20,000 nucleotides of DNA from Craspedostauros australis (taxonomy: Eukaryota). The notes under the pieces are model-generated. The model was not told where the DNA came from. It saw only the letters and a list, made by a program, of their open reading frames with translations, and did no database searches. Where the stretch lies: NCBI GenBank assembly GCA_030167865.1, contig JALAGF010000333.1:54198-74197 (forward strand). Reading direction: 5' to 3'. Positions within the stretch are counted from its first letter, which is position 1; every line of letters starts with the position of its first letter. Below are positions 12,868 to 20,000 of the stretch, piece after piece. The position numbers and the translations under genes were made by a program.

Positions 12868-12904
12868 CTTTGTTGGTTTGGGTAGGAACAAAAGTTCCTT
12901 GTTT
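12868..12904 (-). terminator. Histone 3' stem-loop element, H1 copy (hairpin 12884-12899; ACAAAG 12868-12873)
   Basis: Minus strand AAACA AGGAAC TTTT GTTCCT ACCCAAACCA ACAAAG(AG); 109 nt after the H1 stop. Confidence 0.85.
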
Positions 12905-13008
12905 TGGTTTGATTTTTCGGGGTTTTTAAATGTGTGGGTGGTGTATGTTGTTGTTGTGGGTGCTGTTGCGCATTGGCAAACATGGACGTTCATACCATGA
13001 CGACCTGC

Positions 13009-13575
13009 TTACTTCTTGGCAGCGACAGGGGTCTTCTTTGGCTTGGTGACCTTCTTGGCAGTGGTAGTCTTCTTGGTCGCAGCAACCTTCTTCTTCGTGG
13101 TGGTCGCGGTCTTTGCCTTTGCCTTGGGCTTGGTTGCTGTCTTCTTCTTGGCTGGAGTCTTCTTCGCTGCTGCGGCAGTGGTCTTCTTTGGCTTGGTGGC
13201 CTTCTTGGCAGTGGTGGTGGTGGCCACCTTCTTCTTGGTCGTCGTGGTCTTTTTCTTTGCGGCGGTGACCTTCTTCGTCGCTGTCTTCTTCTTGGGGGCA
13301 GCCTTCTTCTTGACGACCTTCTTCTTTGGCTTCGGTGGCTCGGCCTTCTTCTTCATCGCCTTCTTGAAGTCGGCGGAGAGCTTGTACGAGTTCTTCACCT
13401 TGACGAAGTCTCCCTTCTCGACTCCGTTCTTGAGGGTGGAAAGGAAGGTGGCGTTGAGCCACTTCTTCTCCTTTGGCAGGTTCTCCTGCATGTGCTTCTT
13501 GATGGCGATCATGGAAGTACCATTGCGGTCCTTGAACTCCAGGATGGCCTTGATGACTCCTTCCTTGTACGACAT
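13009..13575 (-). CDS. H1: Linker histone H1 (188 aa)
   Basis: Globular winged-helix domain SYKEGVIKAILEFKDRNGTSMIAIKKHM...LKNGVEKGDFVKVKNSYKLS, followed by a K/T/A/P-rich tail. ATG at 13575 in the context cagcaccATG. Confidence 0.96.
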   Translation of the reverse strand: MSYKEGVIKAILEFKDRNGTSMIAIKKHMQENLPKEKKWLNATFLSTLKNGVEKGDFVKVKNSYKLSADFKKAMKKKAEPPKPKKKVVKKKAAPKKKTATKKVTAAKKKTTTTKKKVATTTTAKKATKPKKTTAAAAKKTPAKKKTATKPKAKAKTATTTKKKVAATKKTTTAKKVTKPKKTPVAAKK

Positions 13576-13870
13576 GGTGCTGTTGCTTGCGGTTGCGTTA
13601 ACGTTGCTGGTATTGTTTTTTCTGATTGTTGTTATTATTGTTTGATGGTGACAATGATGGCTGATTGCTGCAAGTGTGTTGTTGTTTGCTCGTTTCAATT
13701 GTTTCTTCACTGCAGAGATGTGCGAAGTCAACCATGTCATCCACCGCGTTGAACTACTTGACAACAACAACAACATTCATCATCACAAGCGACCACACGC
13801 GTTGACATCGTGTTGCCCCACCTGATTTGTTTCTGTTCTGTCATTTCTGCGTTCGTGTGGGGCAAGGGAG

Positions 13871-13930
13871 GAGAGAAATGTGGGCGCGCCCGTTTTTGAA
13901 ACTCACAACCAGCAACCGCGCCAGAAATCT
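13871..13930. promoter_or_regulatory. H1 upstream GC-box cluster
   Basis: GGCGCGCC (13883-13890), then CGTT, then TTTGAA (13895-13900); CGCGCCAG at 13917-13924. About 300 nt upstream of the H1 ATG. Confidence 0.5.
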
Positions 13931-14419
13931 GTGACCAGACCCACACTTCTCATAGTCCGGCTCGACTAAAATAGTTTTTCTATGTCTCCGAAACAGAACG
14001 CTTGCGACCAGTTTGATTGGAAACGGAAACGAGGGCTACCACCAAGGTTAGATTCAGACAAGCGATACGACGACAGAGCAGGTACCTACATAGAAGTCCA
14101 CAGGTGTGGCAATACTCGTAGAGTGTGAAGATGTTGGTGCTTTGTACCACGTTGTATCCACTCGAGAGTCCAACGTGCAGCTGAACAGAACCATGAGGTT
14201 ATTGGACAAGCTTTGCCAACGTGCCACATCTGATGGAACCGGAACGAAGGTAGTTGCAGTCGCCACAAATTGCGAGCAGAGGATTTTAAAGAGAGAATAC
14301 AAACCACACGGCTCTCTCTCACTCTAGAGAGTGCAATACGATGCGCGCAAAAGTCGAAGATATACGGTGTATTCTCTAATGTACGGAATGGTGAGGTCTG
14401 CAGATCTACAAGCGCTTGA

Positions 14420-15835
14420 TCACACGATGCTCCATTCGATCTCCTCTCCCGCCTTCAAAGGAGTCACCGTGTTCTCACCAAACTCGTACGTCTCCGGGAC
14501 AGTCCACGACTTCTTCTTCAACGTCAAGGTGTGCGTGTTGCGAGCCAAACCGTAATGATCAGCACCGAACGAGCTGCAGAAGTCCTCCAGCCTGTCCAGC
14601 TTGCCCTCCTTCTCAAACACGCTCGCGTAGATCTCGATGCAGCAGTGCGCGGAAAACACTCCGGCGCATCCACATGCCGACTCCTTCGTCTCCGTCACGT
14701 GAGGAGCAGAGTCCGTGCCAAGGAAGAACTTGGGGTTGCCGCTGGTGGCTGCCTTCACCAGTGCGAGGCGGTGCACTTCCGCCTTGAGGATGGGGAGGCA
14801 GTAGAGATGGGGTCGGATGCCTCCAACGAGCATGTCTGAAGTGATGGAGGGTGTATGAGTGAGTGAGTGAGAGTGTCCGTGAGTGTGTATTGGAGTGTTG
14901 GTTGCGATGGTGGAAAGAGATGGGGTGGTGTGAGTCGCAGCTTGCAATGGTTTGCATACTACGCTGTGCCATAGTCGTGCCGACCGGTGGGATAGAATCA
15001 TATGGGCAGTCCCAATACTTCAACCATCCACAGAATCAACGGCAACCATTCCGTGGATCAATAGCAGCCACATCTGCAGCCACGGCCACAACCACAACCA
15101 CAAGCACGACCACAAGCACGACCACAGCCACGACCACAACCACTTACCATTCCTGTTGTAGATGAGATGATGGCATGTGATGCTCGCTTTCAGGTTGGAG
15201 GGTGCAGACATCACATACTCCACAGCCTCCCTCGTCGAAATGTGCTCCATCGTCATCTTGAGGGTAGGGAAGTCACGCACCAACGGCTTCATGATCTCCT
15301 CGATGAACACCGGCTCCCTCTCGAAGATGTCGGCATGGGTGACCTCCGAATGGATGCACAACATCATCCCCACCTTCTGCATCTCGGCCAGCACGGGATA
15401 GAGGTTGTTGACGTCCGTGACGCCGAAGTCCGAGTTGGTGGTTGCACCAGCTGGGTAGTACTTGCAACCGATGATGGTGGGGGTGCCATCGTCATTCTTG
15501 AGCTCGCTGGCTGTCTTGATATCTTCCGGCGATGTCTTGTCTGTGAGGTAGAGGGTCATGAGGGGTTGGAAGTTGCTCGTTGTTGTATCTGCATCTGCAT
15601 CTCCATCTGCATCAGTTGCAGTTGGCATGGAAGCCAAGATGCGTTGTTTGTATTCGAGAGCGAGCTTTGAGTTGACGACCGGCGGCTTGAGGTTTGGCAT
15701 GCAGAGACATCTTGAGAAACGCTTGGTTGCATGGGTGAGGATGGAAGCGGTGGCAGGTCCATCACGGGTGTGGTGATGGAAGTCATCGGGGAACCTGATG
15801 GTGATGCGTTGTGGTGGTGTCGATGTTGATGTCAT
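14420..15835 (-). CDS. pyrC: Dihydroorotase, E. coli PyrC/yeast URA4 type; exons 15835-15148, 14835-14420 (367 aa)
   Basis: Motifs PDDFHHHTRDG (HxH), [70 protein letters not shown] and KESACGCAG. Intron 15147-14836 (GTAAGT..TTCAG) restores the frame (1104 nt). Confidence 0.96.
15081..15143 (-). repeat. Degenerate hexamer tandem repeat (GTGGTY/GTGCTT/GTGGCY) at the 5' end of the pyrC intron
   Basis: Plus strand cacggccacaaccacaaccacaagcacgaccacaagcacgaccacagccacgaccacaaccac shows period-6 CAC, about 10 units. Confidence 0.8.
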
Positions 15836-16420
15836 GGTGGTTGGAGTCTGGGTTGATAATTGACGGGATTGTTGTTGTTGTTAGTGTGGAGGCGATGATG
15901 GCAGAGTGATGATGATGGGGATGAGTGTGGTGGGAGCGTTCTGTTCTGTTCTGTTGTGTTTCGTGAATTTGTTGAGGATGGCGCTGATGTGTGTGGTGGT
16001 GATTGTCTGGTTGTCACACGGGTGTGAACAGTATTATGTTTGAGACACGAGATGGTGATGTGTCGAGGGACTGGATGTATTGCGTGAGTACGACAGGTAT
16101 CTTTTGTTGTGTTGATTTCTTGTTTGAATTGTTGGGCATGTGACTTCTGCAGCGTGCTGCTGTGGTGGCTGGGTTATAACAAGTGTCGGTACGAGTAAAA
16201 TCATATGGAGAGTGTAGTTGTGTGAAGTGATGAAAGTTAAGTCTATTGGGTGTATTGAGAGTGCTGTAAGGCCAATCTGCGTGTGTGCGTGGGTTGTCTA
16301 CAATAATGGTTTGGAAGTGTCAGGACGAACAAGAGTCGAAGGTGGAGAGTAGAGGGGCAATGTGCATTGATTCATGTTGTTGGTTGTCAGCTGGTAGTTT
16401 GGACGTGTGTGTGTGTGTGT

Positions 16421-16457
16421 CTTTGTGTGGTTGAGTAGGAACAAAAGTTCCTTGTTT
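16421..16457 (-). terminator. Histone 3' stem-loop element, H2A copy (hairpin 16437-16452; ACAAAG 16421-16426)
   Basis: Minus strand AAACA AGGAAC TTTT GTTCCT ACTCAACCAC ACAAAG; 278 nt after the H2A stop. Confidence 0.85.
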
Positions 16458-16730
16458 GTTTGTTGTTGTTTGTATGTTTTTGTTTTCTGTTTGTTTGTGT
16501 GTCTGCAATTGTCATGGAGTTGTGGGGATGAGTGGTTGGACAGATGGATGTGATGCTGGTGGTGGTATCGGTGAAGTCATGCCACGCCATCTCATTGTAG
16601 AGTATGGTAGTGCATGGCCTTTCTCAACACCACGCATCAGTGCAATCGCAGTTGCCATCAATCAATCTATCAGTCTCCCCATGTTTCTCTCCGTCGTTGT
16701 CCTTCAATTGAGAGCGTTGACATCCAGCGC

Positions 16731-17299
16731 TTATTTGCTGCTAGAAGACTTCTTTGGCAGAAGCACTGCGTGGATGTTGGGCAGCACACCACCGCTAGCA
16801 ATGGTCACTCCTCCCAGCAGTCTGTTCAGCTCCTCATCGTTCTTCACGGCCAGAGTGATGTGACGCGGCACAATACGGCTCTTCTTGTTGTCACGGGCGG
16901 CGTTGCCTGCAAGCTCAAGAATCTCGGCGCAAAGGTACTCGAGAACGGCAGCAAGGTACACTGGGGCACCTGCTCCCATTCGTGTGGCGTACTTTCCTTG
17001 ACGCAAGTATCGTCCGATACGACCGACTGGGAACTGAAGTCCTGCCTTGGCAGATGCGCTTGTGGCCTTCTTTTCGCCACGGCCTCCTTTTCCTTTTCCT
17101 GTTGTTGTCATGTGTTGAATGGTTGGTGTGAGATGGAAGAGGAATGGCGATGGGTGTGAGAAGTCAGGGTGGAATGGTTGTCACAAGAGCGATGGCAGTC
17201 ACGGTCACTTTCGTTGCAAACAGAACACATTCGACATCGCACACACACAAACGTGCATGTACGCACAGAACTCCAACTTCATCAACACTTACCAGACAT
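16731..17299 (-). CDS. H2A: Histone H2A; coding exons 17299-17293 (ATGTCTG) and 17098-16731 (124 aa)
   Basis: [17 protein letters not shown]...[24 protein letters not shown]...[28 protein letters not shown] at 17299-17287 spliced to CAG|GA AAA at 17098 gives [10 protein letters not shown]. No SQ motif at the C-terminus. Confidence 0.96.
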
Positions 17300-18271
17300 G
17301 ATTGATGTGTTTGTTTGTTGTTGTAGATTGGGTGAGTGTTTGTGAATTCGTTTGCTGTTGCAAATTGATGTTGTTTGGTTTTATGAACAGATCAGCACAG
17401 TTCGATGTCTCTGTTGTCGTGTTTGTTGCTGTTGTGGAGTGGTGGGAGTGCAACAGAGTGAAGCGACCAAAAGGAAGAAACACAGCGAACGAGAGATCAC
17501 AAGAGAGGCGAAACAAGACAGAGACAACAAGGAGACAGAAACGTCAACAACAAACGGCAAACAGAAGCGCCCGTTCCCACACGCTCTCTTGGTCAAATTC
17601 GAAACGAGCGCGTCGTGATCAGTCAGGTCACGAATGAGAACAACAAAATCGGGGTCGATTGTTCGTGATTGAACAATATCACCCCCGTAGTATATCATCA
17701 TTCGGGGATGGGCGCGCCACTTTCTCACGTATATATCTACACATCACAGTACATCATTGCTTCGCCGATTCCAACCTGTCGACATCCCACCCCGCAATAT
17801 TACAGTCACGCGCCATATCTCATCACCCCCTTTTGGAGCACTTCAGAATGGCGCGCCGATTCACAATTCGTCCACGTCGTTGGTGTCACTTGTTTGTGGT
17901 GGTCGAGTTCGAGACCACGATACTGGACGCAACTGCGAACAGAGAAATCGAAACCAAAGCGATCAGCAGCAACAGAACCAGACCAAACCCACATCGAACA
18001 ACAACAACAAGGAGACACAGACAAGAAGCACGACACCAACAACAATCGTGCCGTTGAGATCATCATCATCATCATCATCTCCATCGTTATCACCATCTCT
18101 CCCACCAACAAACACAACAAACACAACAAAACACCTTCTTGGCACTCCATCGCATCCAAGTCTTTGCCTCAAACACAAACAAGTTCATTTGTCCAAACAT
18201 AAAACCGAATTGAACAACTTTCAAATCAACAATCACCACCACTACAACCAAACAACCAAACAACTGACAAG
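17300..18271. promoter_or_regulatory. Bidirectional H2A/H2B promoter and 5' UTR exons
   Basis: Lies between head-to-head H2A and H2B. GGCGCGCC at 17711-17718 and 17850-17857, CGCGCCA at 17809-17815, TTCGAA at 17598-17603. Confidence 0.7.
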
Positions 18272-18467
18272 GTAAGCAATGACACAAAGGATAACGTAAA
18301 GGAACAATACAAGCATCAGCGATACCCAATTCCCTTGGACAATTGATCGAAATCCACTTGTGCACAATGCATGATGAATCAACGCCGATTTCTCACATGT
18401 CCCTGTTATACTGTACTCCCCTTCCTTCTTCATCCAATTTCACCACATTCACGTATAACACTTGCAG
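18272..18467 (+). other. Putative 5' UTR intron of H2B ending immediately before the ATG
   Basis: Donor AAG|GTAAGC at 18272, pyrimidine-rich tract at about 18415-18440, branch-like TATAAC, acceptor TTGCAG|ATG at 18467. Confidence 0.8.
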
Positions 18468-18821
18468 ATGGCCAAGACTCCCTCCAAGCAATCCGCCAAG
18501 ACACCAAAGAAGGCATCCACCGGATCCTCCAAGTCCAAGAAGCGTACCGAGACATACTCGTCTTACATCTACAAGGTCCTGAAGCAGGTCCACCCAGATA
18601 CCGGAATCTCCAAGAAGGGAATGTCCATCATGAACTCCTTCATCAACGATATCTTCGAGCGTATCGCCACCGAGGCAGGAAAGCTCGCCACATACAACAA
18701 GAAGGCCACTCTGTCTTCACGAGAGATCCAGACTGCCGTCCGCCTGATGCTTCCAGGAGAGTTGGCCAAGCACGCCGTCTCTGAGGGAACCAAGGCTGTG
18801 ACCAAGTTCAGCTCCAGCTAA
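18468..18821 (+). CDS. H2B: Histone H2B (117 aa)
   Basis: [16 protein letters not shown]...[40 protein letters not shown]...[19 protein letters not shown]. Confidence 0.98.
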   Translation: MAKTPSKQSAKTPKKASTGSSKSKKRTETYSSYIYKVLKQVHPDTGISKKGMSIMNSFINDIFERIATEAGKLATYNKKATLSSREIQTAVRLMLPGELAKHAVSEGTKAVTKFSSS

Positions 18822-19105
18822 GCGTTGTACCGAAGCAATGCTGTATGATCGACTGAGACTTGGATGGTGCAAGGACCAGGTGGGTGTGAACCGTGGAACC
18901 ATGAAGTAGCAGTACACGATGAGAAGCGATGTGAATTCATCGGAGCTTGTCGTGTGGCTGTTGCGCATGACATGTGTGCCATCCATCTTTGAACCAACAA
19001 TACCAACCACAGGCATCAGCAACTGATTACTGCAGTCAACTTACGGCCAAAACGAAGACAAAACAACACAGAAACAAAACAACAAACACAAACAAACAAA
19101 CAAAC

Positions 19106-19142
19106 AAACAAGGAACTTTTGTTCCTACTCAACCACACAAAG
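19106..19142 (+). terminator. Histone 3' stem-loop element, H2B copy (hairpin 19111-19126; ACAAAG 19137-19142)
   Basis: AAACA AGGAAC TTTT GTTCCT ACTCAACCAC ACAAAG; 289 nt after the H2B stop and preceded by (AAAC)n. Confidence 0.85.
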
Positions 19143-19804
19143 CAACCAAACCAAGCCAAATGCGTCAGACAATGGATGGACGGCGCCTCCACCTGTCGTC
19201 CTACATATGAAGTGATGAACGATGCATCAATCCAGTGATACGCGAGGGAACTGGTTGTGCTCGTGCATCATATCGACAGACTAACCCATCCCCTGCGCTT
19301 TGCATTGTCCGTGAACAATACCATTGCTTGTGGCAACTCGTAACGGCAAGCGAACGACTTGGGACCGGCGACAGTTGTTGCTTTGCCCGACCTTGTCCTT
19401 TTGAATGCACCATCTTGCCAGCTTACCTTTCCTCCACACATCACACGTCACTCCCCTACATCACAAGCAATCATCTCACAACAGAAAAAAACGTTGATAA
19501 ACACGCTCCAACACATGGATACTCTGGTACGACTGGCATGTCCGTACAACTACCAATACAGAGCACCATCACAACTACGCTCTCCATTCCCTATAGAAAT
19601 ACAATTAACCTCGTTGAACTCAAACTCAGCAGCGATACCTTCTCCTCTACTAGCACAACACAGCATGCACACACACGCATACACTCTCTCTCTCCAGAGA
19701 AAGCACATTCTACAAACGTTTACTCCGCTCTAATCTGCTTTGCTTTGCTATGAGTGTATTGTATCAACATCCATCCTCACAACCAAAAGTTTAGCATTCA
19801 GCGT

Positions 19805-19999
19805 TCAACGTTCATTCCCATCCTTCTTCTCCTCCGTCTCCACCTCCGCTTCAACCACTGAACCTTCAACTTTGACTTCGTCTCCATCTTCCTGCTTCGA
19901 TTTCGCCGCCTTCCGCTTCGCTCGCTTCTTCGCATTCCGTTTCCTCCGCCGTTCTATCTCGGCAGCTGATAGCTCAACCTTGCTGTCATCATTCTCTGC
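19805..19999 (-). CDS. 3' end of an unidentified gene entering from beyond the window
   Basis: Open frame ...AENDDSKVELSAAEIERRRKRNAKKRAKRKAAKSKQEDGDEVKVEGSVVEAEVETEEKKDGNER* ending at TGA 19807-19805. It is highly charged with an NLS-like basic run. Confidence 0.55.
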   Translation of the reverse strand, partial: AENDDSKVELSAAEIERRRKRNAKKRAKRKAAKSKQEDGDEVKVEGSVVEAEVETEEKKDGNER

Positions 20000-20000
20000 C

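Noticed and set aside
12934-13752. Long antisense or alternative-frame ORFs over real genes (also 2125-3159, 4342-5163, 7157-8017, 7488-8204, 11378-12019)
   Set aside because: Shadow ORFs caused by codon bias and low complexity of the real CDS; no recognisable protein features.
13576-13776. N-terminal extension of H1 in the ORF track
   Set aside because: Low-complexity 5' UTR read-through; the ATG at 13575 has a good context and directly precedes the globular domain.
17099-17111. H2A starting MTTTGKGK at 17111
   Set aside because: That ATG lies in the 3' end of an intron; splicing from ATGTCTG|GTAAGT gives the canonical MSGKGK.

Overview
Eukaryotic nuclear DNA, most likely from a diatom. 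The evidence is GT-AG introns, signal peptides followed by ASAFAP-like plastid-targeting motifs, and diatom-like histone N-termini. The window holds a complete histone set in about 12 kb: divergent H3/H4, H1, and divergent H2A/H2B. It is interleaved with a PAP/fibrillin gene and an E. coli-type dihydroorotase. Upstream lie a plastid-targeted type II NADH dehydrogenase, a Med4-like gene and an unknown membrane protein. The main signal is non-coding. Each of the five histone genes, and no other gene that I could see, is followed on its sense strand by the same 37-nt element, AAACA-AGGAAC-TTTT-GTTCCT-ACYCAAMCVM-ACAAAG (33 of 37 positions invariant). It is a 6-bp stem with a 4-nt U loop, an ACYCA 3' flank, and a purine-rich motif at fixed spacing. 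This matches the architecture of the animal replication-dependent histone stem-loop plus histone downstream element (SLBP/U7 pathway). It differs in stem sequence, sits far from the stop codon, and also follows two intron-containing histone genes. The histone promoters additionally share a GGCGCGCC motif.
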